DNA of 63,144 nt, the filler included. It is 7 parts of 7 records of this genome, joined end to end, with 100 filler letters (N's around TTAATTAATTAA, not from the genome) between each part and the next. Parts side by side here need not be neighbours in the genome. Positions count along the whole stretch, not along the records: positions 19,234 to 24,614 come from SRR20825010_506; positions 24,715 to 43,357 come from SRR20825010_507; 5 more parts are not named here. One strand, 5' to 3'. The translations under genes and the position numbers were made by a program. Shown here piece by piece: positions 20,045 through 29,185 of this stretch; the stretch's first letter is position 1, and every line of letters starts with the position of its first letter. The notes under the pieces are model-generated. The model searched no databases. It was not told where the DNA came from and saw only the letters and a program-made list of their open reading frames with translations.

Positions 20045-20308
20045 ATGACGACTGCCTATGTGTTGATGCGCATGTTCGCATTCGAGAGTTCCGGCAGGCA
20101 TGTCAGCCGGGAGTATATCCGGTTCGGCCTTGTCAATATGGTGGCTCTTGCGCAGATATGGCTTATCAGTGTCGGTCTTGCAGATTATGTGTTTCCACAC
20201 TTCGGCTTCGTGTCGTACGCCGAAACGGTCGCTCATGTCGTCGGCGTCTTGAGTCCCACCGTCACGAGCTGTTTTTTGCACAAATACTTTACGTTCGCCA
20301 AAGTCTGA
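20045..20308 (+). pseudogene. GtrA-family protein, C-terminal part only
   Basis: IGMTTAYVLMRMFAF, EYIRFGLVN, HKYFTF resemble GtrA helices; in-frame TGA at 19988-19990 leaves no room for the N-terminal helix. Confidence 0.6.
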
Positions 20309-20460
20309 ACAGTTGGGTTGGATTCCCCATGGGATGCGAAACGGACCTTCCTGTACCGCCGGGTATTGCGTGATCAGACCGAAAGCAGATGAAACACCGC
20401 GATCCCGATCGCGAAGGGAGCGATTGCCTCCTGTGGAGCGTTTTGAGCGTCGCCGATGCG

Positions 20461-21360
20461 CTAGAATTCATCCTCCTGTCGCGTCAGGTTCCGCAAATGA
20501 TCGAGCATTTTCTCGGCGGCCGGGCTGAGCCAGTCGTCGCGCAGGCGCTGGATGCCTGTGGTCCGTTTGGGCAGCGCCCGGGACAGCGGCAGTTCGGTTA
20601 AGCTGGAATGGCCCCGCAGGATTGGCGTGACGGCGAAGGTGAGGGCGTCGGACTGTTCCAGATAGGTGGTGATGAAACCGTTGGAGGTTGAGCGAATTCG
20701 GGCGACGGGCGGGCTCAGGCCCTCGGTTTGAAACAGCCCGTCGAGCCGCTTCTGGGCGTTGACGGCCTTGTCGGGCATGACCCATGGAAACCCGAGCAGC
20801 TCCGGAAGCTCCAGCGTTCCCGCCCGCTCCAGCGGGTGCCCCCGGCGCGCGACCACGGCGTATCGCGCGGAAGCGAGCGGCTCCGAATGGAGATCGGAAA
20901 ATTCCGGGTCGTCGGTTAGCTCGGTGAGGATGAAGGCGACCTGTCCGCGCCGGACCAGTTCGGCAAGCTGGCGCTCGAAACCGCCGATCACGCTGATCGA
21001 GACGCCGGGCAAATCCCGCGTGGTCAGGTTGATCGCGCGCGGCAGCAGACCGGTCAGCCAGATCGGGCCAGAACCCACGGAAAGCTCCGTCTCCTCATGT
21101 TCCTGCAGGTGCCGGATTTCGTGCTGGGCATCTTCCAGTTGCCGGAAAATACCTTGCGCCCTGCGCACCATGACGCGCCCGAATACGTTGAGCCGCATGG
21201 CCTTCGGAAGTCTCACAAATAATTGGGCTCCCAGTTCGTCCTCGAGCGCGGCAAGCCCGCGGCTCAGTGCCGGCTGGGTCATGTTCAACTGCTCTGCCGA
21301 ACGGGTCATCGACCCGGTTTCGGCTATGGAAAGAAGGTAGCGCAGGTTTTGCAGGTTCAT
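20461..21360 (-). CDS. LysR-family transcriptional regulator
   Basis: MNLQNLRYL..GSMTRSAEQLNMTQPALSRGLAALEDELGAQLFVR; divergent from transporter operon. Confidence 0.94.
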   Translation of the reverse strand: MNLQNLRYLLSIAETGSMTRSAEQLNMTQPALSRGLAALEDELGAQLFVRLPKAMRLNVFGRVMVRRAQGIFRQLEDAQHEIRHLQEHEETELSVGSGPIWLTGLLPRAINLTTRDLPGVSISVIGGFERQLAELVRRGQVAFILTELTDDPEFSDLHSEPLASARYAVVARRGHPLERAGTLELPELLGFPWVMPDKAVNAQKRLDGLFQTEGLSPPVARIRSTSNGFITTYLEQSDALTFAVTPILRGHSSLTELPLSRALPKRTTGIQRLRDDWLSPAAEKMLDHLRNLTRQEDEF

Positions 21361-21455
21361 GTTTTCGATTACCAAAATGCATGACGAATGCGTTGTTAAT
21401 TATTTGCATTAATGAAGACCTCTCTTTAGCCTTTGTCAAATCCAAGGGAGGAGAA

Positions 21456-22436
21456 ATGATGATTTCCAAATCACTGGCCCGCGTTGCGGGCGTCGCGCTT
21501 TCGTTCGCCGCTTTCGCCGGCGCAGCCATGGCACAGGGCTTTCCGACGCGCCCGATCACGATGATCGAGCCCTGGGAGGCCGGTACGTCGGGGGATATCA
21601 CCGCGCGCATCGTTGCCGAGTTCGCTGCCCAGAAACTGGGGCAGCCGATCGCGGTGCAGAACATCGCCGGCGGCGGCGGCGCCAAGGCGATGCTTGCGCT
21701 TTCCGAGGCCGATCCCGATGGCTACACGATCGGCAATTCGTGGGTTGCCACCCAGATCATGGTGCCGACGTTCGAGCCGCGAATCGGCTTCGATCCGATG
21801 GGCTTCGACCCGATCGGGCTGATGTGGGTGAACCCCTTCACCTTGACGGTGGCCGCCGATCACCCCGCAAACAACGTTGATGAATTCGTTGAATGGGCAA
21901 AAGCCCAGGACGGTGTCCTGAGAGTTGGCGTCTGCCCGGCGGTCAGCCTTCCGCATGTGGTGATGCGGCGGTTCCTCGAAGTGGCCGAGATCACCAGATA
22001 TCAGCCGATCCCGGCGGATGGTTGCGAGACCTCGAATATTCAGGGCCTGTTCGACGGCTCTCTCGACTTCACGACCGGCGCGCTCGGCGCGGTGAAGATC
22101 TACGGCGACAAGATCAAGACGCTCGCGATCTTCACCGAAGAGCGCTCACCGATCGAACCCGGAATTCCGACGGCAAAGGAACAGGGCTACGACCTTGACT
22201 GGGGTGCTGCGACCGCCGGCTGGTCGGGGCTGGTCGCGCCCGAGGGCACGGATCCGGAACGCTTGAAGAAGCTTCAGGATGTGTTCCGCGAGGTCATCAA
22301 TTCCGAGCCCTTCAAGAAGAAGATGTTCGAAGGCGGGTTCACCGTCCAGTACATGGAGCCGGATGCGTTTCAGGATCTCTGGCAGGTTTCGCTCGACCGG
22401 CTGGCGCCGGCACTGGAAAACCTGAAGAAAAATTGA
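21456..22436 (+). CDS. tripartite tricarboxylate transporter substrate-binding protein (TctC/Bug family)
   Basis: GGGAGG RBS; signal peptide; FPTRPITMI, NIAGGGG, DPDGYTI, IPTAKEQG. Confidence 0.92.
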   Translation: MMISKSLARVAGVALSFAAFAGAAMAQGFPTRPITMIEPWEAGTSGDITARIVAEFAAQKLGQPIAVQNIAGGGGAKAMLALSEADPDGYTIGNSWVATQIMVPTFEPRIGFDPMGFDPIGLMWVNPFTLTVAADHPANNVDEFVEWAKAQDGVLRVGVCPAVSLPHVVMRRFLEVAEITRYQPIPADGCETSNIQGLFDGSLDFTTGALGAVKIYGDKIKTLAIFTEERSPIEPGIPTAKEQGYDLDWGAATAGWSGLVAPEGTDPERLKKLQDVFREVINSEPFKKKMFEGGFTVQYMEPDAFQDLWQVSLDRLAPALENLKKN

Positions 22437-22502
22437 GCGTTTCGCGCCGCTCCATAACATTGGCCGGCGGCGCGTTTTCCTTTCAGACCTGAGGTTCTCC
22501 CG

Positions 22503-23036
22503 ATGTCCAACGACGAAACCTTTCAGGCTCCGCAACGGGAAACGGCAACCCGGTCGCAAGACCTTGCCGCCATCGTCGTCGGAGCAGGATCCTTCATTCT
22601 CGGCCTCTGGATGGTTCTGGATATCGCGGCGATGGAGGACAATCCCATCGCATCGCTGTCGGGCGGCATCGATGCCAAGCAATACCCGACATGGCTGGGC
22701 GTGGGTCTGATGGTTCTGGCGGTCGCCGTTATCGTCCGCCCCGCGACGCGGCTGATTTCCGCACGCGGCCGGCCTGATGAAGCCTTGCCATGGGGGCGCA
22801 TTGTCGGCGTCGTCGCGGCGCTGTTTTTCTATCTTCTGGCGTTTCCGCGGTTTGGCTATATCGCCTCGACCACGCTTTTCGGCGCCGCGCTGATGGTTGC
22901 CGGCGGCGCGCGCAGGCCGCTTTCGATCGTCGGCTTTCCGGTGGTGTTCTCGCTGGCCCTTTACTGGCTGGTGCGGATCGTCTTCGACATTCACCTGCCC
23001 TTCGGGCGGTTTCTCACCGCCCTGATCGGAGGCTGA
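22503..23036 (+). CDS. tripartite tricarboxylate transporter small subunit (TctB family)
   Basis: About four hydrophobic segments, ending F..HLP.G; lies between tctC- and tctA-like genes. Confidence 0.88.
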   Translation: MSNDETFQAPQRETATRSQDLAAIVVGAGSFILGLWMVLDIAAMEDNPIASLSGGIDAKQYPTWLGVGLMVLAVAVIVRPATRLISARGRPDEALPWGRIVGVVAALFFYLLAFPRFGYIASTTLFGAALMVAGGARRPLSIVGFPVVFSLALYWLVRIVFDIHLPFGRFLTALIGG

Positions 23037-23041
23037 AGGAC

Positions 23042-24559
23042 ATGGATACCCTGCTTTCGGCGCTCGATCTCGCCGGCGTTCTGTCGCTTCTTCTGGCCAT
23101 CATCGTCGGCATTGGCGTGGGCATAATCTTCGGCGTCCTGCCGGGGATGGGGCCATTGCTCGGCATCGCGCTTGCGATTCCGTTTACCTTCTACATGGAT
23201 CCGGTCCCTTCGATCGCCCTGCTGATGGGCATCTATCAGGGCGGCAATTTCGGAGGCGCGGTCACTGCGATCATGATCGGCGTTCCGGGCACACCGATGG
23301 CCGCGGCGACGCTGCTGGACGGCTTTCCCATGGCCCGCGCCGGCCGCGTTTCCGACGCGCTGGTGCTTGCCACGCTGTCGTCGTTTGCAGGCGCTCTTAT
23401 CAGCGCGGTCCTGCTGATCCTGCTGTCGCCCTATCTCGCCGCCGCTGCAGCCAATTTCGGCCCGATGGAGACGATGCTGCTGGCGGCGCTCGGCCTGTCG
23501 ACCGTTGCCTCGCTGACCGGAAAATCCCTGCCGCGGGGTCTGCTGGCGGCAGCGCTCGGCCTGTCGGCCGCGGCGATCGGAACGGACCCGATCCTCGGCC
23601 TGCCGCGCATGACGATGGGCCTCGGCAGCCTCGATGGCGGGTTCAACCTCGTTGCCCTGCTGATGGGTTTGTTCGCGGTCTCCGAGCTTCTGACCCAGGT
23701 GGCCGAAGGCGAACATCTGAAGGCAGGCCGCGTGCGCCTTCAGTTGCGCAACGGCGTCCTGCGAAACTTCCTCGGCCGCTGGACGAATTGGCTCCGCTCC
23801 AGCGCGCTCGGCATCTTCATCGGCGCCATTCCCGGGATCGGCGGCGATGCCTCCGCCTATATCGCCTATCGTGTCTCCCGCGACTTCTCCGATGAGCCGG
23901 AAAAGTTCGGGCAGGGCGCGGACGATGGCGTCGTGGCCTCGGAATCCGCCAACAGCGCAACGACCGGCGGAGCGCTTCTGCCGATGCTTGCGATCGGCAT
24001 TCCGGGCGATCCGGTCGTCGCAGCGCTGATGGGCGGGTTCCTGATCCAGGGGCTGACACCGGGACCGCAGCTATTCCAGCAGCATCCCGAGATCGTCTAT
24101 GGCGTTCTGGCGGCCTTTCTGCTCGGCGCATTGCTGCTGTTGCCGATCGCGCTGGTCATGCTGCGCGCCCTGATCCGCACGCTGGCCGTGCCCAAACCCT
24201 ATCTCATCGCTGCCGTCGGCATGTTCAGCGTGCTCGGCGTGTTCATGGTGCAGCGTTACATGTTCGACCTCTGGGTGTTCTTCGCCTTCGGCCTGATCGG
24301 CTACGCGCTTCGCCTGGCGGCGATCCCGCTTGCGCCGCTGATCATCGGCTACGTGCTGGGGTCGACCTTCGAGGAGGAACTGAGGATGACGTCGCTGGTC
24401 ACCGGCGGCGACTGGGTCGGATTCTTCCTGCACCGGCCGGCCTCGCAGATCATTCTGGCGCTTCTGGTTCTCGTACTTTTCACGCCGATCGTGCAGGCGC
24501 TGCTGCGCCGCCGCGCACGCCGCAAGCTTTCCACTTCGACACGTGAGACCCATTCATGA
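23042..24559 (+). CDS. tripartite tricarboxylate transporter large subunit (TctA family)
   Basis: GVLPGMG, GVPGTP..AATLLDGFPMA, ESANSA, LAIGIPG, LTPGP. Confidence 0.94.
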   Translation: MDTLLSALDLAGVLSLLLAIIVGIGVGIIFGVLPGMGPLLGIALAIPFTFYMDPVPSIALLMGIYQGGNFGGAVTAIMIGVPGTPMAAATLLDGFPMARAGRVSDALVLATLSSFAGALISAVLLILLSPYLAAAAANFGPMETMLLAALGLSTVASLTGKSLPRGLLAAALGLSAAAIGTDPILGLPRMTMGLGSLDGGFNLVALLMGLFAVSELLTQVAEGEHLKAGRVRLQLRNGVLRNFLGRWTNWLRSSALGIFIGAIPGIGGDASAYIAYRVSRDFSDEPEKFGQGADDGVVASESANSATTGGALLPMLAIGIPGDPVVAALMGGFLIQGLTPGPQLFQQHPEIVYGVLAAFLLGALLLLPIALVMLRALIRTLAVPKPYLIAAVGMFSVLGVFMVQRYMFDLWVFFAFGLIGYALRLAAIPLAPLIIGYVLGSTFEEELRMTSLVTGGDWVGFFLHRPASQIILALLVLVLFTPIVQALLRRRARRKLSTSTRETHS

Positions 24560-24614
24560 CCGATACCCGTCCCAATATCGTTTTCGTCATCACCGACCAG
24601 CAAAGGCACGACAC
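24556..24614 (+). CDS. sulfatase-family protein, N-terminal fragment (contig end)
   Basis: ATGA overlap with tctA; MTDTRPNIVFVITDQQRHD matches the sulfatase N-terminal PNI..I.TDQQR pattern. Confidence 0.72.
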
Positions 24615-24714
24615 NNNNNNNNNNNNNNNNNNNNNNNNNNNNNNNNNNNNNNNNNNNNTTAATTAATTAANNNNNNNNNNNNNNNNNNNNNNNNNNNNNN
24701 NNNNNNNNNNNNNN
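24615..24714. other. artificial contig linker
   Basis: N-run + TTAATTAATTAA + N-run. Confidence 0.99.
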
Positions 24715-25160
24715 TCTATCGCGGCCTGCATTGCCCGATCTGCGGCATGTATCTGAAGGACCTCGACCGCAAGCTCGCCGACTTCAAGGAACGCGGCGTC
24801 GAGGTTATCGCGCTCTCCAGTGACGATGCCGGCCGAGCCCAGCAGTCCAAGGAAGACTGGAAACTGGAGAACCTGACACTCGGTTATGGCCTGACTCTCG
24901 ACAAGGCGCGGGAATGGGGCCTGTATATCTCCTCCGGACGCGGCAAGACCTCGGTCGGTATCGAAGAGCCGAAGCTGTTCGTCGAGCCGGGCCTGTTTCT
25001 TGTCCGGCCGAATGGCGAGCTCTATTTCGCCAGCATCCAGACCATGCCGTTCGCCCGCCCGGATTTCGCGGCCATCCTGAAGGCTCTCGATTTCGTGCTG
25101 GCGAACAATTATCCGGGCCGGGGTGAAATCGTCGATCACCTGGCTCAAGCAGCCGAGTAA
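24715..25160 (+). CDS. peroxiredoxin-like AhpC/TSA family protein (5' truncated)
   Basis: YRGLHCPIC (CxxC), EPGLFLVRP, MPFARP, YPGRG. Confidence 0.88.
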
Positions 25161-25168
25161 CGACAAGC

Positions 25169-25195
25169 AGGGGAAGCCTGTCCATGGCTTCCCCT
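25169..25195 (+). terminator. stem-loop after peroxiredoxin-like gene
   Basis: AGGGGAAGCC-TGTCCAT-GGCTTCCCCT; weak U-tail. Confidence 0.45.
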
Positions 25196-25252
25196 CTCTT
25201 CCACGCCCGAATTTGGCTGGCACCGGCACCGGGCTTGGGCTACTAGGGCTGC

Positions 25253-26137
25253 GTGACAAATCATCCGCTAAAGACACTCCGTTTCCGCGCCGAAGCCGCC
25301 CTTGTGGGTGGGCTGCTTTTCGTGATCCGCCAACTGCCGCTCACGGTTTCTTCCTGGATCGGCGGAAAAGTGCTGCAGATCGTGGGGCCGTTGCTGCCCG
25401 CACACCGTACCGCCCGCACCAATCTGGAGCGTGCTTTTCCGGAGAAAGCCCCCGGCGAGATCGCCGGCATTCTGCGGGGCATGTGGGATAATCTCGGCCG
25501 CACCGCCGCCGAATACCCGCACCACGACACCATAAAGGCCGAGGCCGACACACGCCTTGAAGTTCATGGCGGGGAGTTGCTTGAAGACATAGCGGCCAAT
25601 CCGCGCCCCGCCGTCTTCTTCTCCGCCCATATGGCGAACTGGGAGGTCCTGCCGATTGCATCGGCTCTCAGGGGGCTTCCGGTGAACCCGGTATTCCGGA
25701 GGCCGAACAATCCCTATATGAGCGACCTGTTCGAAGCCCGGAGGCCGCACCCGGACGTGCAACTGGTCGCCAAGGGGCCGCGAGCCGCGCGGGAGCTGCT
25801 GAAAATCCTGAAGCAGAACCGGTCCGTTGCCCTGCTGATCGATCAGAAATTGCGGGAAGGCATCCCCGCCACTTTCTTCGGACGGAAGGCCATGACACCC
25901 AGCGCCTTTGCCGAATTCGCCCAGATGCTCGATTGCGATATCTATCCGACCCGGGTCGAGCGGCTGCCCGGTGCCCGGTTCCGGGCAACGATCTACCCGC
26001 CACTGACAAAGCCGGACACAACCGACCGGAAAGAGGCCGTGCGCCTTCTGACCCAGACGGCGACCAGCATGATAGAGGACTGGGTCCGTGAGCGGCCGTC
26101 GGAATGGTTCTGGGTACACCGGCGCTGGCCGGATTAA
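25253..26137 (+). CDS. lipid A late acyltransferase (LpxL/HtrB family)
   Basis: NLERAFPE, HMANWE (Hx4E), LIDQ, FFG, WFWVHRRW. Confidence 0.92.
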   Translation: MTNHPLKTLRFRAEAALVGGLLFVIRQLPLTVSSWIGGKVLQIVGPLLPAHRTARTNLERAFPEKAPGEIAGILRGMWDNLGRTAAEYPHHDTIKAEADTRLEVHGGELLEDIAANPRPAVFFSAHMANWEVLPIASALRGLPVNPVFRRPNNPYMSDLFEARRPHPDVQLVAKGPRAARELLKILKQNRSVALLIDQKLREGIPATFFGRKAMTPSAFAEFAQMLDCDIYPTRVERLPGARFRATIYPPLTKPDTTDRKEAVRLLTQTATSMIEDWVRERPSEWFWVHRRWPD

Positions 26138-28050
26138 GACGCGCCGCGCCAGGCCTGCATCTCCCTGGCGACTGTCATAAGAAGCCTTTCCAGATCGTCT
26201 TTCGAGACTGGCTTCAAGACGACACCATTCCAGCCTCCCGGCCCGACCTTGAGCGATCCGGGCTGCAGCACATCCGCAGTCCAGGCAAAGATACACGCGG
26301 GCTTGTCCCGCTGCACATCCTGCGCACGGATCTGCCGGGCCGCTTCCACACCGTCCATCACCGGCATATGCACATCGAGCATGATCAGGTCATAGGACCC
26401 GGTTTGCGCCTTCTCCACGGCCTCGGCGCCATTCTCGGCAAGGTCCACCGTGCATCCGAAGCGTTTCAGAAGCTCGCTGAGGACTTCACGGTTGATCATC
26501 GCGTCATCGGCGACCAGCACATGAAAACCATATGCGACCGCACTTTCGGCGGGCTTTGCCGCAGCCACCGCCGGCGTTCCCTCCAACAGGTCCGAATAAT
26601 CCTCGACCTCGATCGTTGCGATAAACCGGGAGCCTTTTCCGGGCACACTGATGACGGACACGCCGCCGCCCAGCGCTTCCGCAAGACGTTTGGTAATCGG
26701 AAGCCCCAACCCCGTCCCGCCGAAGCGGCGTGAAATCGAATTGTCCGCCTGATCGAAGGGGTTGAAAATCTGAGCCAGGCGCTTCGGCTCAACCCCGATC
26801 CCCTCATCCTCGATCCGAATGCCAAGCAATGACCGGCGCCCGTCGAGGCTTTCCCTGGTGACAGATATCCGGACGGTGCCATCCCGGGTGAATTTCACCG
26901 CGTTGCCCACCAGATTGTAGAGAATCTGGCGTACCCGCATCTGATCGCTTTCGATGAGTCGCGGTGCGTTTTCACTGTCGATGACGAGCCTGACCTTGTT
27001 CTCCAGCGCCTTATCGTGAAAAGCGGCGTCCAGGCTCTCTATTTCGGAACGGAAATCGAACCGCTCCAGATTAATCGTGAGCTTGTCCGAGTCTATCTTG
27101 GCGAAATCGAGAACATCATTGATCAGGGCCAGAAGATGCCGGCTCGACCCGCCGATCCCCTGGACATATGTCCGGTGCTTTTCAGCGGCATCATTCCTGC
27201 CATCCAGATCCAGCAACAGGTCCGCGTAACCGATAACGGCATTAAGGGGCGTGCGGAGCTCATGGCTCATATTGGCGAGGAACTCGGTTTTGGCCTTGGC
27301 CGCGGCTTCGGCACCCGCGCGTTTCGTCTCAAGGTCCCGGGTCAACTCTTCCAGAGCCGCGCGCATGCCGTCGAGAGACTGGAACAGCAGCCCGATCTCG
27401 CCGCCTTTGGGAATGACGACGGGAGCCTGCAGGTCACCTTTACCGATCCGGCCCGCCTCTTCCCGCAGCGCTTCGAAGGCGGAGAGGATAGGAAGCATGA
27501 TCCAGCCATAGAAAAGGCATATATTACCGGCGGCAATGACAATACAAAACAACACGGCGGCGAAGGTCGCGGCTTCTGCCGTTCCCTGCTCGGAGCGAAG
27601 CAAGCGCTTGTTCTTCTCCATCCGCCCGGTGATGGCATCCGCGTTGCTATTGATCCGGCTTCGAATATAGATGCGTACTGAATGGTTATCCTCGTGCGCC
27701 CCGGGCAATGCCCGCAACCGCTGGAAAAGGGCACCGATTTGTTCAAGCCGCCGCGTAAGCTCCGAATGGATACCGGCATCAAGCAAATCGCCCTTGTCCA
27801 GACTCTCCACGAATGACATGGCTTTGACTTCTATAGCGTCCCATTGATGCGCAAATCTGTCGTCAAACCGGCGATCGTACTCTCCTGCAATATCCTTCAG
27901 GGCAAGCACCGACTGCTCGAGCTCGGAGATTTCGCCAAGCTGCTCGGACGTCCGGTGAATTGCGAGAAACGACCATACGGCCACCGCACCTGCCAGTGTC
28001 AGCAGGAACATCGAAACCACAATGGCGATAAGAGACTGTCTCCGGATCAT
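26134..28050 (-). CDS. hybrid sensor histidine kinase (2 TM, HAMP, HisKA, HATPase, receiver)
   Basis: MSHELRTPLN, NLVGNAVKFT, DEGIG, GGTGLGL; receiver VADD..MLDVHMP..LKP. Confidence 0.95.
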   Translation of the reverse strand: MIRRQSLIAIVVSMFLLTLAGAVAVWSFLAIHRTSEQLGEISELEQSVLALKDIAGEYDRRFDDRFAHQWDAIEVKAMSFVESLDKGDLLDAGIHSELTRRLEQIGALFQRLRALPGAHEDNHSVRIYIRSRINSNADAITGRMEKNKRLLRSEQGTAEAATFAAVLFCIVIAAGNICLFYGWIMLPILSAFEALREEAGRIGKGDLQAPVVIPKGGEIGLLFQSLDGMRAALEELTRDLETKRAGAEAAAKAKTEFLANMSHELRTPLNAVIGYADLLLDLDGRNDAAEKHRTYVQGIGGSSRHLLALINDVLDFAKIDSDKLTINLERFDFRSEIESLDAAFHDKALENKVRLVIDSENAPRLIESDQMRVRQILYNLVGNAVKFTRDGTVRISVTRESLDGRRSLLGIRIEDEGIGVEPKRLAQIFNPFDQADNSISRRFGGTGLGLPITKRLAEALGGGVSVISVPGKGSRFIATIEVEDYSDLLEGTPAVAAAKPAESAVAYGFHVLVADDAMINREVLSELLKRFGCTVDLAENGAEAVEKAQTGSYDLIMLDVHMPVMDGVEAARQIRAQDVQRDKPACIFAWTADVLQPGSLKVGPGGWNGVVLKPVSKDDLERLLMTVAREMQAWRGAS

Positions 28051-28077
28051 CTGACCGTCTCTATCTGTGCGCCCAGG

Positions 28078-29049
28078 TCACTCGAAGACCCCGACAGCTT
28101 CCGGAGAGACAGAACGCAGAGGTGCGCTATGCAGAAAGCCAAGCATGTTCGGCAACCCGCCGCCCGGCATGCCCCCTTGCGCCTCGGCGCGCCAGATTAC
28201 AGCCTCTTCCATCAGCCGCACCAGGTCCTGGGGCAACGCGACCGTAAGACTGTGCTCCGGCCACAGATAATCAACGAATGCCGGGTCCAGCCCGTACTTC
28301 TTCGTGATCATTTTCCTGGCCCGGTCCGGATTGGTCTGCGCGAACTCCTCCGCCTTCAGAAGGGCCCGCATGAGGTCGGCCGTCCTGGCACTGTTCCCGG
28401 ACAGCCAGCCGTCGCGGCCAACCAGCAGGAAGTAATAATACTGCCCCTCCTGCCCGGGATAACCGAGAGCCAGATCGCCGAGAGCTTCCCGTGCCTGATA
28501 GACATACGGCTCCCATGTCAGCCCGGCGGCCAGATCTCCGTTTGCAAGCCCCGTAACGATATCGCCCGGCTTCAGATCAACAATATTGAGGTCGGACAGA
28601 CGCATGCCGTTAAGGGCGAGAAAACTCGCAAGAAAATATTCGCCGATACTGGATCGCGTGATCCCCACGTTTTTCCCGGCAAGGGATGCCACGCTCTGAT
28701 CGAGCTGATCCCTGCGTCCGACGAGCTTGGCCGTCCGGGACGTGGAGAGCGTGCTGACGATGCGCAGATCGGGAGATTTCAGGGCGCTCGCCACAAATGC
28801 CACATGCGATCCGGTCGCGAACTGGATCTTGCCGTCCACGAGATCCCGGGTCGTCAGGGTTCCGGACTGGTACATCCTGGCCTCGAAACCCGCTGATTTG
28901 ATATAGCCGAGCTCATCGGCGAGCCAGAACAGTATCGCGGTCTTCGTGGCTCCGATAACCGGTTGAGCTGCGTGCACTGAGTGTGTCCGGCCGCCAACAG
29001 CAAGAATGAAAACAAGCGCCGGAAACCAAATGAGGAATAGGCGTCTCAT
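28078..29049 (-). CDS. periplasmic substrate-binding protein (SsuA/NMT1-like) without adjacent permease
   Basis: Signal peptide; SLAGKNVG, GDLAAGLTWEPY, LLKAEEF..NPD.A; stops 27 bp before the kinase gene. Confidence 0.85.
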   Translation of the reverse strand: MRRLFLIWFPALVFILAVGGRTHSVHAAQPVIGATKTAILFWLADELGYIKSAGFEARMYQSGTLTTRDLVDGKIQFATGSHVAFVASALKSPDLRIVSTLSTSRTAKLVGRRDQLDQSVASLAGKNVGITRSSIGEYFLASFLALNGMRLSDLNIVDLKPGDIVTGLANGDLAAGLTWEPYVYQAREALGDLALGYPGQEGQYYYFLLVGRDGWLSGNSARTADLMRALLKAEEFAQTNPDRARKMITKKYGLDPAFVDYLWPEHSLTVALPQDLVRLMEEAVIWRAEAQGGMPGGGLPNMLGFLHSAPLRSVSPEAVGVFE

Positions 29050-29103
29050 TCTTGATCCCCTTGTAAATTGACAAGCGCCCGCAAACAGCCGGCGCTGTGC
29101 AAT

Positions 29104-29130
29104 GATCAATTGACCAACGATCAATTGACC
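29104..29130. promoter_or_regulatory. tandem direct repeat GATCAATTGACC upstream of binding-protein gene
   Basis: Exact 12-mer at 29104-29115 and 29119-29130, each containing palindrome TCAATTGA. Confidence 0.5.
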
Positions 29131-29185
29131 TACACTGGGGTAAATACAGCTAAAAATTCGTTAAATTTTCGAAATACCGATCCGG

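Noticed and set aside
29110-29124. FNR-like box TTGAC...ATCAA
   Set aside because: The spacer is 5 nt rather than the 4 nt of the FNR consensus.
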